NCBI GenBank assembly: GCA_964584335.1
Contig: CAZOZN010000002.1
Span: 34,974-98,973 of the forward strand
Direction: 5' to 3'
Length of the DNA: 64,000 nt
Source: an uncultured archaeon
Lineage (GTDB): Archaea > Aenigmatarchaeota > Aenigmatarchaeia > PWEA01 > JAGHBM01
The position numbers and the translations under genes are program-made. This document shows, in pieces, positions 19,593 through 29,617 of this stretch. The notes under the pieces were generated by a model. It was given only the letters and a program-made list of their open reading frames with translations. It made no database searches and had not been told where the DNA came from. Within the stretch, counting starts at the first letter, position 1, and each line of letters opens with the position of its first letter.

Positions 19593-20679
19593 ATGAAGCG
19601 CTTCCGCTGCCCGATCCTATTGGACCAATTCCAGGATCTTCTGTCAGGTCGCTCAAAGTCTGGTCACATTCTTCAGGTGGATTTGTAAATGCTGAACATA
19701 TTGTGTTCTTTATTGCCTCTGCAGATCTACCGACGCTTACAGTTTTTCCATTTACAACGAAAGTAGGAGAACCTCTAACACCGTACTCCTCATTCAAATC
19801 ACTTTCTACTGGGAACTGAGGAAATCTTCCTCCTGACCAGGTATTTTCATCATTGTAAAGACCTGTTATATTGTATTCATTATCAGTACTTTGTATACAG
19901 GTTTCTAGCTTTGATTTATCCACACCTGATTCGCTGATGCAACTTTCATAATCATCTGTCTCTACAAAACATCTAAGATAGTCGCTAAACTTATCTTTCT
20001 GTTCTTTCTGTATGCAATACATCCTCAAATTCTCATCCAATTCCTCCTTGCCGTGCATCGCATAATCTACAAAGTTTAACATAACGTCAGCTTTATCGCC
20101 TAACAATTCTATAACCGGTATATAAGCCTTCATGAATTGAAGACCGTAAGGACAATAAGACATTACAAAAGCCTGCGCCTTGGGTTCATCTGTTTTTGGA
20201 ATATCTTCCTGTTGCTGTTGTTCCTCTTGCTGCTGTTCTTCCAAAGCCATCTCAACTTCAGTAATATTCACTGCTTGAGGGAAAAATATCTCCGCATTCT
20301 TTGTAACATAAGAATCAACGTTCTGTGTCTGTGAACCGCTTTTTACTTCAATAACTACTTTGTAAAGCCCTAGTTCTTCTTTTACTTCCTTAACGCTTAT
20401 TTCTACTCCCGGACCAACCATATTTTCCTGTACAAAAGATAAGGCTCTATCTGACGCGTCTTCAGGGCTTAAGGCTCCCTCGAAATCATCACCGCCAACT
20501 ATGTTAGAACCACTGCCAATTCCCGTGGCCAATACAATGGCGAGTATTACACATAGAGCAACAGAAGCTATTGAAACAGACTTCCATACGCTTTTTACGT
20601 ACTTCTGTTCCGATTTTGTTTCCTTTTTGTCTTTAAAATTGTCCTCTTCGTGTTTTCCGCTTTTCTTTTCTTCAGACAT
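19576..20679 (-). CDS. Membrane-anchored thioredoxin/DsbA-like protein
   Basis: N-terminal TM; FVMSYCPYG; GVRGSPTFVVNG cis-Pro loop. Confidence 0.75.
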   Translation of the reverse strand: MSEEKKSGKHEEDNFKDKKETKSEQKYVKSVWKSVSIASVALCVILAIVLATGIGSGSNIVGGDDFEGALSPEDASDRALSFVQENMVGPGVEISVKEVKEELGLYKVVIEVKSGSQTQNVDSYVTKNAEIFFPQAVNITEVEMALEEQQQEEQQQQEDIPKTDEPKAQAFVMSYCPYGLQFMKAYIPVIELLGDKADVMLNFVDYAMHGKEELDENLRMYCIQKEQKDKFSDYLRCFVETDDYESCISESGVDKSKLETCIQSTDNEYNITGLYNDENTWSGGRFPQFPVESDLNEEYGVRGSPTFVVNGKTVSVGRSAEAIKNTICSAFTNPPEECDQTLSDLTEDPGIGPIGSGSGSASSTGGC

Positions 20680-20739
20680 AAACCATATTAATAGCGTAAT
20701 ATATTTAAATGTTAAAAATGACCATTTAATTTTGATATA

Positions 20740-21888
20740 ATGAAATCAAGTATGATACTTTGCAGGTTTGGAGAGAGTGTGCTTAAAGCGGATTATACAA
20801 GAAGATATTTCGAAAACAAGCTTTTATCAAACATATCAAAAGAATTTAAGAAAAAAGATATAGAGTTTTCAGTAAAAAGGGAACCGGGGAGACTTTTCAT
20901 AAAGACAAAAAAAATAGATAAATCGTGCGATATACTAAAAAAGACATTCGGCATTACAAGTGTTTCTCCAGTAAAGGAAATTAAAATAAAAAGCGATATA
21001 GAGAAGATTGTAAAATACTCGGAGAAAATAGCAAGAGATTTAATCAAAAAAGACAATACTTTCGCAGTAAGGGCAAGAAGAACAGGTAATGATGCATTTA
21101 CAAGCAAGATGATAGAAAGGAAGGTAGGTTCCAGGATAATAGAAAAAACTGGTGCGAAGGTGGACCTTGATAAACCGGATAAAATACTATATATTGAAGT
21201 AAGACAAAACAAAGCCTATTTTTTTACAGAAAGAATAAAATGTCCGGGAGGTCTTCCTTTAGGAACACAAGGGAATGTGGTAGTTCTTTTTTCGGGCGGA
21301 ATAGACTCGGCGGTAGCTTCCTGGATGTTAATGAAAAGAGGATGTAGGATATTCCCTCTGTATATAGACCCTTCTCCTTATGTAGAAGGCAAAAAAAGTT
21401 TAATCAGAGCAGAAAAGGTCTTGGAAGATTTAAAAAAGTGGTCTGTTGGTCAAAATATTGAACTGAAAAAAGTAAAAACTGGTAAAATAATGGATTGTTT
21501 TACAGAAAAATGCAAGCTTAATCTTACATGCTTGTTATGTAAGAGACTTATGTACAGAATAGCTGAAATTTTTTGCAAAAAGAAAAAAGCGAAAGCAATA
21601 GTGACTGGAGAAAACTTGGGACAGGTTGCATCTCAAACACTTGACAACATAAACGTTTTAAATCAGGCCGTTTCACTCCCTATTCTAAGACCACTTATAG
21701 GTATGGACAAAACAGAAATAATAAAAATTGCAAGAAATATAGGAACATACGACTCATCTACAATAAAAACTTCCGGTTGTTCTGCAGTTCCAGAATCTCC
21801 GAGAACAAAAGGCAGGATAGAAGAAGTTTTAAAAGAAGAAGAAAAAATAGACATTAAAAAAAAGATGGAAGAATTATTAAAAATGTAA
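20740..21888 (+). CDS. thiI: tRNA 4-thiouridine synthase ThiI
   Basis: THUMP domain, GGLPLG, SGGIDS PP-loop, CLLC, GQVASQTL. Confidence 0.94.
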   Translation: MKSSMILCRFGESVLKADYTRRYFENKLLSNISKEFKKKDIEFSVKREPGRLFIKTKKIDKSCDILKKTFGITSVSPVKEIKIKSDIEKIVKYSEKIARDLIKKDNTFAVRARRTGNDAFTSKMIERKVGSRIIEKTGAKVDLDKPDKILYIEVRQNKAYFFTERIKCPGGLPLGTQGNVVVLFSGGIDSAVASWMLMKRGCRIFPLYIDPSPYVEGKKSLIRAEKVLEDLKKWSVGQNIELKKVKTGKIMDCFTEKCKLNLTCLLCKRLMYRIAEIFCKKKKAKAIVTGENLGQVASQTLDNINVLNQAVSLPILRPLIGMDKTEIIKIARNIGTYDSSTIKTSGCSAVPESPRTKGRIEEVLKEEEKIDIKKKMEELLKM

Positions 21889-21929
21889 ACTTTTTAATAT
21901 AACAAAAAACAATCTAACATGTGTGTGTT

Positions 21930-22319
21930 ATGGGTGTTAAAATACCTAATTCTGAACTAGTAAAAAGAATTATCTTTTATTCAATGAAAAAAAGGGGTGT
22001 AATACATTCACAAGATGAATTATCAGAGATTGTGAAGAGAGAACTAAAAAAAATAAACAAAAAATTTACAATAACCCCGCACAGGGTAAGAAAAATTGCA
22101 CTTCAGATAGAAAATATGGAAATAAAGGTTAAAACAAAAAAAAGCAAGAAAAGCAAACCAAAAAAATGTCCTGTTTGTGAAAACAAGTTAAAGCCAATAT
22201 ATGCAAAAAATCTTCTCAACAAAAGAATAACTGTTGGTTTTAGGTGTAAAGTTTGTGGTTATCACGCCGACGAAAAATTTTTTGCGCCAATGAAGTATGA
22301 ATTCAAGTTAATCAATTAA
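21930..22319 (+). CDS. Basic hypothetical protein with C-terminal zinc ribbon
   Basis: CPVC...CKVC. Confidence 0.6.
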   Translation: MGVKIPNSELVKRIIFYSMKKRGVIHSQDELSEIVKRELKKINKKFTITPHRVRKIALQIENMEIKVKTKKSKKSKPKKCPVCENKLKPIYAKNLLNKRITVGFRCKVCGYHADEKFFAPMKYEFKLIN

Positions 22320-23220
22320 TAGTATTCAATAATTCGCAAGCCTTACACACAGAACGAGAAGTTGGTTCACCGCACTTTGAGCAATACCTTATCTCTGAAG
22401 AATTCTTAAAATTTTTCTCTATCGGAGGTATTATCTTGTCCATATGCCTGATTATATTATGTTTTGTACCGGGGTATTTTTCTTCAATTTCATTTAAAAA
22501 TTTTTTTACGTCAAATCTGACGCTTTCTTTAGAATTCGGGCAGTGTGAATGGTAAAATTCTATACCATTAAGATAGCAATAAAGAGCGCTTTCTTTTTCC
22601 GGTATCTCCCTAAGAGGCTTTATCCTAGTAACAAAACCTTTCTTCTTGGTGGGCGGTTTTGGTCCAAGCCTTATAAGCCTGCCTACATCACCCTTTAGAT
22701 TGTTTATTAAAAAACTTTGTATCTCGTCGTCTAAGTTATGCCCTGTTGCTAGTTTTGTAGCACCCATTTCTCTTGCTTTCTTGTTTATTATAAACCTTCT
22801 TAAAACTCCGCAGTATGTGCAGGCACGGGCATCTATTTTAACAATATCATCCATATTCTTTCCAAATTCTTCCCTGAAAGAACATACAGTCAATTCAACA
22901 CCTATCATATTTGATAATTTTTTTAGAGATTTTATGCTTATATCCCTATAACCCTTTATACCCTCGTCAATTGTAATTGCATTTACCTTTATGTCAGGCC
23001 TTTTTCCGAAGATTTTTTTAATTAAATAAAGAGTAAGAGATGAATCCTTACCTCCAGAAACGGCAACAAAAATATTATCATTCTTTACTATAAGATTATT
23101 TTTTCTTATGGTCGCCTTTACTTTTGATTCAAGCTGTTTTGAAAAATGACTTTTACACCAAGCCCTGCCCTCGTACTTTCTATAAATTACTGCATCATTT
23201 CCACAGGAATAACACCTCAT
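22312..23220 (-). CDS. tRNA 2-thiolation protein TtuA/NcsA family
   Basis: SGGKDS, CTYCGVLRR, TGHNLDD, terminal zinc fingers. Confidence 0.92.
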   Translation of the reverse strand: MRCYSCGNDAVIYRKYEGRAWCKSHFSKQLESKVKATIRKNNLIVKNDNIFVAVSGGKDSSLTLYLIKKIFGKRPDIKVNAITIDEGIKGYRDISIKSLKKLSNMIGVELTVCSFREEFGKNMDDIVKIDARACTYCGVLRRFIINKKAREMGATKLATGHNLDDEIQSFLINNLKGDVGRLIRLGPKPPTKKKGFVTRIKPLREIPEKESALYCYLNGIEFYHSHCPNSKESVRFDVKKFLNEIEEKYPGTKHNIIRHMDKIIPPIEKNFKNSSEIRYCSKCGEPTSRSVCKACELLNTIN

Positions 23221-23822
23221 CTTTCACCATCCCATTCTGCAAAGAACTCTTCCAAAAAATCTCTCATGTACTTGTCTCTTTCCTCTGCCATTCTAATTGC
23301 AGTATTAGTATTCAGACTGTCTTTTATTTTTAGAAGTTTTTCATAGAAATGATTTATAGCAGTATCACTTTCTCCGGTATAAACATCAGATATCTCCTTG
23401 CCTGGTATATGAACAGGCCTGTTCTTACAGCCAGTGTAAACCATGGTCCTGACTATCCCCATAGCACCAAGAACGTCAAGTCTGTCGGCATCCTGAAGTA
23501 TTTTTGCTTCCAAAGTGTCTACTTTCTTTCCCTTGCTAAATCTATGATTTTTTATACAGTAAACAACTTTTTCCCTCTTTTCATAATCAGAAAGTAGTTT
23601 TTCTGCTATCCTAGAGCTGACTATTTCATGATTCTTTCTATCCTCGTATATTCCAACATCATGTAAAAGCGCGGCAAGCTTGAGAACTTCCATATCTGCA
23701 CCTTCCTTCTCGCCTATCTTAACACAAAGATTGTAAACTCTTTGTACATGGTCCCATCCATGTGCAATATCATTTTTATCCATATATTTCTTGGCAATTT
23801 TGCTTATCTCTTTTAAATCCAT
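23217..23822 (-). CDS. HD-domain phosphohydrolase
   Basis: H...H, LLHDVG, QDADRLD, HFYEKLL. Confidence 0.9.
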   Translation of the reverse strand: MDLKEISKIAKKYMDKNDIAHGWDHVQRVYNLCVKIGEKEGADMEVLKLAALLHDVGIYEDRKNHEIVSSRIAEKLLSDYEKREKVVYCIKNHRFSKGKKVDTLEAKILQDADRLDVLGAMGIVRTMVYTGCKNRPVHIPGKEISDVYTGESDTAINHFYEKLLKIKDSLNTNTAIRMAEERDKYMRDFLEEFFAEWDGER

Positions 23823-23823
23823 T

Positions 23824-24021
23824 CTAACCACGCGAAATTATTTCTATTACCTCAATATCATCTTTATCTCTTAATTTTTCTTCAACGGGAACAAACAATC
23901 CGTTTCTTTTTACTAAAACAGATTCTGTTATTATTCCCATCTCTTTAAGAAGTTCTTCTATAGTATCTTTCTCAGTCTTAAATTTTTTGGTTTTGTTTTT
24001 AATTTTAACTTTAATAATCAT
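23824..24021 (-). CDS. Ubiquitin-like sulfur carrier (ThiS/SAMP family)
   Basis: Beta-grasp size, LVKRNG; ends in ISRG rather than GG; in operon with ttuA. Confidence 0.75.
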   Translation of the reverse strand: MIIKVKIKNKTKKFKTEKDTIEELLKEMGIITESVLVKRNGLFVPVEEKLRDKDDIEVIEIISRG

Positions 24022-24080
24022 ATTATTTATAGAAAGAGGAGACTTTTATGTATTGCTCCAAAAAATACATTATATTAAAT

Positions 24081-24241
24081 GCTGAGGTGGGAGAGCGGTT
24101 TAATCCGGTTGGCTCGAGACCAACTGCATCTTTGATGCACGCAGGTTCAAAACAGACCCTTTAGAAAAGTGTCTGTACTTCCAAAAATGTTTGGAAATCT
24201 ACGATTTCCCAATTGGAACGAGAATCCTGCCCTCAGCGCCA
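24081..24241 (+). tRNA. tRNA-Ser(CGA) with 73-nt T-loop intron 24152-24224 (59/60)
   Basis: GTTGG-CTCGAGA-CCAAC; variable arm GCATC-TTT-GATGC; GCAGG-TTCAAA^T-CCTGC. Confidence 0.9.
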
Positions 24242-24255
24242 AAAAAGGTTTTAAA

Positions 24256-24687
24256 ATGAGAAAAACTCCAAAAGTCACAGTAGACATAATTTTAGAGAAG
24301 GAAGACAAGATAATACTAGTAAAAAGAGGTATAGAGCCTTGGAAAGGTAAGCTTGCCTTGCCGGGTGGTCATGTAGAATACGAAGAAAACGTTGAAAATG
24401 CAGCAATAAGAGAAACAAAAGAAGAAACAAACCTTAATGTAGAAGTTAAAGACATACTTGGAGTATACTCAGAATCAAAGAGGGACCCAAGATACCATGC
24501 AATATCAACAGTATTCATAGGTAAAATTATCAATGGTAATTTAGAAGCAGGTTCTGATGCGAATGATGCAAATTTTTACAATATAAAAAAAATTAAAAAA
24601 GAAGATATGTCATTTGACCATTGGAAAATAATAAAAGACTATTTAAAATGGAAAGAAAATAAAGGCACATATTGGTCTTCGAAATAA
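24256..24687 (+). CDS. Nudix hydrolase
   Basis: GGHVEYEENVENAAIRETKEETNL Nudix box, RDPR. Confidence 0.93.
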   Translation: MRKTPKVTVDIILEKEDKIILVKRGIEPWKGKLALPGGHVEYEENVENAAIRETKEETNLNVEVKDILGVYSESKRDPRYHAISTVFIGKIINGNLEAGSDANDANFYNIKKIKKEDMSFDHWKIIKDYLKWKENKGTYWSSK

Positions 24688-24717
24688 ATTTAAGTATGCT
24701 TTTATAAAATTGTCTTT

Positions 24718-24918
24718 ATGAAGTGTCCAAACAAAGAAATAAACCTTGAAGAATGTAACTGCAGTTACCCCGGTTGCAGCAGAAAGGGCATTTGCTGTGA
24801 GTGTATAAGATACCATAGAAAAATGAGAGAAATCCCAGCATGTTTGTTTCCAGACGATGTAGAAAAAACATTTGACAGGTCAATAGACAAATTTATTGAG
24901 ACGCAAAAGCGATGGTAG
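24718..24918 (+). CDS. Small Cys-rich protein (DUF6485-like)
   Basis: [26 protein letters not shown]. Confidence 0.7.
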   Translation: MKCPNKEINLEECNCSYPGCSRKGICCECIRYHRKMREIPACLFPDDVEKTFDRSIDKFIETQKRW

Positions 24919-24982
24919 TCTAATGGTAGGACACCACCCTGCCACGGTGGTAATCCGGGTTCAAATCCCGGCCTTCGCACCA
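24909..24982 (+). tRNA. tRNA-Gly(GCC), intron-less
   Basis: CCACC-CTGCCAC-GGTGG; one U-U mismatch in acceptor stem; CCA encoded. Confidence 0.93.
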
Positions 24983-25004
24983 ATATAATATTCTGGTTTT
25001 GTTT

Positions 25005-25463
25005 ATGTTCACTAAAAAAATTTATTCTGCTTGGGAAGAAAAACAGATTGAAAAATACAAAGAAATGAGAGATTTGATTCCCAAAGATTTTAATCTGGCA
25101 TTGGACGTCGGTGTAGGTCCCGGTTGGTTTGAAGAATTCTTTGGTATGAATATCCTGGGAATTGACATTGACAAAAACTCTGCTGCTGATATAATAGCAA
25201 GCGGTGATTTTATTCCAATCAGGGAAAATTCCTTTGATTTTGTTATATGTTTGGATACTATTCATTTGGTTGGAGGAGAAGAAATTAAAAGAGTTCTTAA
25301 GCCCCGGGGTTACTTGTTATTATCACACTTCATAAACAAAGACAACGAAAACGAGATAGAAAAAAAGCTTTTAAATATGTTCAAAGAATTTAAATTACTG
25401 AAAAGAAAAATAGTAGGTAACAAAGAAAAAGACCTTGCAATTTTGTTTGGGCCTGTGGTCTAG
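25005..25463 (+). CDS. Class I SAM-dependent methyltransferase
   Basis: LDVGVGPG, GIDID, SFDFVIC, RVLKPRG. Confidence 0.85.
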   Translation: MFTKKIYSAWEEKQIEKYKEMRDLIPKDFNLALDVGVGPGWFEEFFGMNILGIDIDKNSAADIIASGDFIPIRENSFDFVICLDTIHLVGGEEIKRVLKPRGYLLLSHFINKDNENEIEKKLLNMFKEFKLLKRKIVGNKEKDLAILFGPVV

Positions 25464-25622
25464 TGGCTATAGATTGACGTGCATTTTTGTGCGTTTCAGC
25501 CAGGACGCCACCTTGACGTAAGCTTTTGCAAAAAGCTTAAGCAAAATAAAAGCTTTCAAAATGGTGGATATCCCCGGTTCGAGAAAGACCCTTAAGGAAA
25601 GAGAATCCGGGCGGGCCCACCA
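25449..25622 (+). tRNA. tRNA-Val(GAC) with three introns: 25471-25503 (22/23), 25519-25561 (37/38), 25584-25605 (59/60)
   Basis: BHB helices GGCT/AGCC and TTGA/TCAA; spliced product is a 76-nt cloverleaf. Confidence 0.9.
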
Positions 25623-25632
25623 CTTCTTTTTA

Positions 25633-26841
25633 CTAGAACTTTAGCTTAAATGAATATATTAAAAGAGCTAGAGAAATAAAAGAACCGAGTAGAAAAACAT
25701 ACCTTAAGCCAAAAAAATCCGCTATTAATCCAGCCACTATAGGGCTTATGCCCCTGCCTAAATTGCTTAATGAGCCAATCATTCCTGTCATTTCACCGAT
25801 GTTCTTTTTTGGCATGAGCTCAGTAGTCCTGCCCAGCAGAGGAGGTAATACAACAGAAAATCCTAAAAATGAAAGAAGAAAAGCAATTAAAAAAAGAAAA
25901 GCTAAATTTTCAACAAAAAACATAAGAAAGAAAAAAACAAAAGAGAAAAACAAACCCTTCATTAGAATAATTCTCTTTCCAAACTTATCAGCTAAAACAG
26001 AAAAATATCCTTCAGATAAGCGGGGTAAGAAAAATAAGGAAAAAAGCAACCCGATTTGAATCGGAGTCGCGCCTAGTTTACTAGAAAAAAGAGGCAAAAG
26101 CATAAACAAAAAGGATATGCAAAAATATATAAAAAATGAAAGTACCGAGAATTTTATCAATTCTTTGTTTTTTGAAAAATCTATAATTTCCTTCTTGAAT
26201 ATCTTATCCTTTATTATAATTTCTTTAGTGGAAGACCAAAAACCCTTTATTTTTTTATCCTTTATTGAAAAAGATACCAACAAGCCGAAAAAAGAAAAAA
26301 CAGTTATAAACCATATAATAGAGAAACCAAATTTCATGAACAAGAAACCACTCAAAGCAGAACCTATAACCAGAGATAATACCCAGCTTATATCAAAAAA
26401 ACCTAAAGATTCTGATGTTTTCTTTTTTGGAGAATGCTGTCTTACAAGTGCCTCAGTATTAAGCCATATGGAAGATGATAAAAAAGAGTGATAGAATCTA
26501 AAAAGAACGAAATGTAAAAAATTCTTTAGTGAAAGCAATATATAACCCATAGGAAGATAGAGAAAAAGAGTAATTATTATCATAAACCTTTTTGAAACCT
26601 TGTCTGATAGTTCCCCCAAAGGCAAGAACCAAAAAAAACAGAGAATATAAACAAGACCCATTATTATACCTATTTCTGTATAATTGCTCAGTATGCTATC
26701 TAAATATAATGGGAAAAAAGGACTTACTATAGACCATCCCAGATAATAAACAAAAATCAAAAAACCAATAATTTTCACAGAACTAGGCAGACTAGAAAGT
26801 TCAGAGAATACAGAAATTAATTTTATGTGCCTGTGTCTCAT
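25633..26841 (-). CDS. MFS transporter
   Basis: About 12 TM helices; GELSDKVSKR and LADKFGKR motif A. Confidence 0.9.
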   Translation of the reverse strand: MRHRHIKLISVFSELSSLPSSVKIIGFLIFVYYLGWSIVSPFFPLYLDSILSNYTEIGIIMGLVYILCFFWFLPLGELSDKVSKRFMIIITLFLYLPMGYILLSLKNFLHFVLFRFYHSFLSSSIWLNTEALVRQHSPKKKTSESLGFFDISWVLSLVIGSALSGFLFMKFGFSIIWFITVFSFFGLLVSFSIKDKKIKGFWSSTKEIIIKDKIFKKEIIDFSKNKELIKFSVLSFFIYFCISFLFMLLPLFSSKLGATPIQIGLLFSLFFLPRLSEGYFSVLADKFGKRIILMKGLFFSFVFFFLMFFVENLAFLFLIAFLLSFLGFSVVLPPLLGRTTELMPKKNIGEMTGMIGSLSNLGRGISPIVAGLIADFFGLRYVFLLGSFISLALLIYSFKLKF

Positions 26842-26943
26842 AAGATAACTGGGTTTTTAATCAAATAAATAAGTCAAAGAATATTTCTCAGAATATACCT
26901 AAAGCTAGATAATAAAAATATAAGAAAAGGAAAATTGGGGGTT

Positions 26944-27891
26944 TTAAGGTGATTCTGCTCCTTCTACTGTTACTGTTGTGTGTACGTCTTCAAAGTATCC
27001 GTATCTTAACGTAACTGTTACTGGTATGTCTGTCCTTGTGCTGAAATCTTTAGGATCTAAGTCACAACTGTACGTGAAAGATTGTCCTCTTCTAAGTGTC
27101 TGGTCTGTTGGAGTATCGTATGCATCACAATCTGAACCTGAAGCACCGTCAACTCCATCCGCATTTATTTCCAATTCAATTATATCCATTTCATCAGATG
27201 TTATGTCCAAAGTGCTCATATCATGGTCAGGGTCTATCAGACTTCCTCTCTCAAGCAAATCAACTGTTATCCTAAAATCTATTGTATCGTCTGCTGGATC
27301 GTCCACTACTACTGGTGTTCTTGCAACAATTTCAACAGCAAGAGGACCTTTTGTTACTTCTGTAGTTACTGGTGGTAAATTTAGCATGTTTCTTTCTCTT
27401 AGTCTCTTGTATTCTTCCTTTGTCAAAACTGGTATGGTTGCAGATGCAATCGTTTCATAATTATACATTAATCTTGCTCTGGGGGTGTACTTGAATACAA
27501 CTCCCTCTGGTATTCCCGTTGGAGTCTGTAATTCCCATTCAACATCAGCTATCTCTCCTGGAATGTCTGCAAGTGTATCAGGCTGTTCAAGCTCTGCTGC
27601 AACTTCCTGTGAAAAGTCAGTTGTTCCTGGGTCCCATACGTCCTCATCTATATCATATAAATGAGCCCATACGTCTTCTGCCATAGAACCTCCGACATTT
27701 TCGACTTCCATATACAATTCAACATCTTCATTTTCAGATTCATAGTCAGGGAAGTCAGAGCTGAACTCGTGTATTACAACTCCACCAGCGGTGCTTGTTA
27801 TTTGTTCATTTCCCATTATTCCTTCTAATCCTACACATCCGCTGGAAAATAAAACGGTTGCAACCAAGACCAATATTAAAGCTTTTTTCAT
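26944..27891 (-). CDS. Lipoprotein of unknown function, acidic beta-sandwich (paralog family A)
   Basis: Lipobox FSSGC; shares motifs with 27906, 29618 and 30645 products. Confidence 0.7.
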   Translation of the reverse strand: MKKALILVLVATVLFSSGCVGLEGIMGNEQITSTAGGVVIHEFSSDFPDYESENEDVELYMEVENVGGSMAEDVWAHLYDIDEDVWDPGTTDFSQEVAAELEQPDTLADIPGEIADVEWELQTPTGIPEGVVFKYTPRARLMYNYETIASATIPVLTKEEYKRLRERNMLNLPPVTTEVTKGPLAVEIVARTPVVVDDPADDTIDFRITVDLLERGSLIDPDHDMSTLDITSDEMDIIELEINADGVDGASGSDCDAYDTPTDQTLRRGQSFTYSCDLDPKDFSTRTDIPVTVTLRYGYFEDVHTTVTVEGAESP

Positions 27892-27905
27892 TATATTATT
27901 CCTCC

Positions 27906-28790
27906 TTAATTTGGTTTTACTTCGATATTAATAGTTTTGTAGTAGTTATATATATAATTTGCCTCGGCCTTAAATTGTCCTTTTTCCCTTACATCGACCG
28001 AGCCAACCGTAAATTTGCATGTGGCCTTCTTTGTCCTGCCGTTCTTAAACTTGAGTGGCGTGTTTAAAATCATCTGCCCTCCCCCAGCAGTAAAATCGTT
28101 GCACTGAGGGTTTATCAAGAAATCAGGGTATTCGATAACTAAATCAGTTCCTGAAATCTCTTCTTCCGGCATACCGCTTCCCCTGTTTATTAACTGTACG
28201 TAAAAATATAATTCCAAACCCTCGTACAGCGGCTGGGGTTTTGATATAGACAAATCTATTTCAACTGGTGTCTTGGTCTTATAATAGTAAAGATTTATCT
28301 CTCCTGTTCTTCCCTGTCTTTCAAGTCTGCCGTATTCTTCTTCTGTCATTGCTATGACATCGTACATAGAAGAAGCCTTGGATTTGTAATTAACCCTGTA
28401 CCTTAAAGTTTCCCTTTGACTTGAATGTATTTCATCAGAAAGGTCTAGCTTCCACTCCCAATTTTCCATATCGCCCTCTTCCATCTCGATTATATATTCG
28501 CTGGTAGCACCTAAAGAAGTAAAATCAACCAAATCTGTCATCTCGACATTTATATCCTCTAGAGTCGTGTTTCCAGAGTTATACAAGTCAAAATACAATA
28601 TGGTGCTCTTACCTTCATAAACCACATTAGGTATTGCTTCAACATCTACATCTAAATCCTCATATTGATTATATTTTGGCTCATCGGGTCCCATATCAAG
28701 TCCCAATTGAGAAAAAACATCACCGCCTGTTATACAACCAGAAGTAAGTAATACTAAAGATAAAAACAAAATTAGAAAGTAACTCTTCAT
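27906..28790 (-). CDS. Lipoprotein of unknown function (paralog family A)
   Basis: Lipobox LTSGC; CARDB-like LYNSG. Confidence 0.7.
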   Translation of the reverse strand: MKSYFLILFLSLVLLTSGCITGGDVFSQLGLDMGPDEPKYNQYEDLDVDVEAIPNVVYEGKSTILYFDLYNSGNTTLEDINVEMTDLVDFTSLGATSEYIIEMEEGDMENWEWKLDLSDEIHSSQRETLRYRVNYKSKASSMYDVIAMTEEEYGRLERQGRTGEINLYYYKTKTPVEIDLSISKPQPLYEGLELYFYVQLINRGSGMPEEEISGTDLVIEYPDFLINPQCNDFTAGGGQMILNTPLKFKNGRTKKATCKFTVGSVDVREKGQFKAEANYIYNYYKTINIEVKPN

Positions 28791-28829
28791 AACTAAATTA
28801 TAGAAAGTGTTCTTTTTAAATGTTCTGCA

Positions 28830-29147
28830 TTAACCCATCCCGAAAGGTTCTACACAGCCACAAGCTCTCGCGACTTTCCTTATGTTATCTTTATCACTAC
28901 AATCAAATTTTGAAAAATCTTTTTTTTCTATTGAAGAATAAGAACAACAAAGTTCGTAAGGTATCTCGTCTCCCTTGCAATTAGTCCTTGCCCAGGAAAC
29001 ACATAAAGAATTAAAGTCCTGTTTTTGCCTGTATATATCCAAGCCCGGTGAAAAGGTACCCATAAAGAAAATAAAAGTCGCAGCGAGAAAAACACCACCT
29101 GATATAATTATAATTAATTTTTCCGAGGTGATTATAACTCCCTTCAT
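28830..29147 (-). CDS. Small class III signal peptide (pilin-like) Cys-rich protein
   Basis: MKG|V then hydrophobic helix; FNSLCVSW..NC..ACGC..PFG shared with neighbour. Confidence 0.65.
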   Translation of the reverse strand: MKGVIITSEKLIIIISGGVFLAATFIFFMGTFSPGLDIYRQKQDFNSLCVSWARTNCKGDEIPYELCCSYSSIEKKDFSKFDCSDKDNIRKVARACGCVEPFGMG

Positions 29148-29194
29148 GTTAACCACTATAACAAAAGAAAAATAAAAGAACAAAATGGGTTATG

Positions 29195-29563
29195 CTAGTA
29201 TGTAAAGTCACGACCAAATGGTTTTAGACAGTTACAGGCTTCAGCGACTACTTCGTACCTAGTATCTATACTAGTATCTGGTACATAACCGACACCAGTC
29301 ATGTTGTGGTAAGCTTTTGCTACATTATCAGGCATTCCTAGACTATCAGTACTTTCCACACATCCAGCTGTACCTATAGTACAATTATCACAATTAGATA
29401 AGGCCCAGCTTTGGCACTTAGAGTTAAAGTTCTGCTGTAATGTCTGCTGTTGTGCTGTGGGTCCGAAAGCACCCATAAACCAAGCAACTGCTGCTAGTAA
29501 CACTATTATTGCCACTGCTAACATAACCAAAGTGTTTATTGGTATTGAAACTCCTTTTTCCAT
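29195..29563 (-). CDS. Small class III signal peptide (pilin-like) Cys-rich protein
   Basis: MEKG|VSIPINTLVMLAVAIIVL; FNSKCQSW..NC..ACNC..PFG. Confidence 0.7.
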   Translation of the reverse strand: MEKGVSIPINTLVMLAVAIIVLLAAVAWFMGAFGPTAQQQTLQQNFNSKCQSWALSNCDNCTIGTAGCVESTDSLGMPDNVAKAYHNMTGVGYVPDTSIDTRYEVVAEACNCLKPFGRDFTY

Positions 29564-29617
29564 TTTTATCTCCTTTTTATTAATTTATTTAACTTATTTA
29601 AATACTTTTTTCATTTC

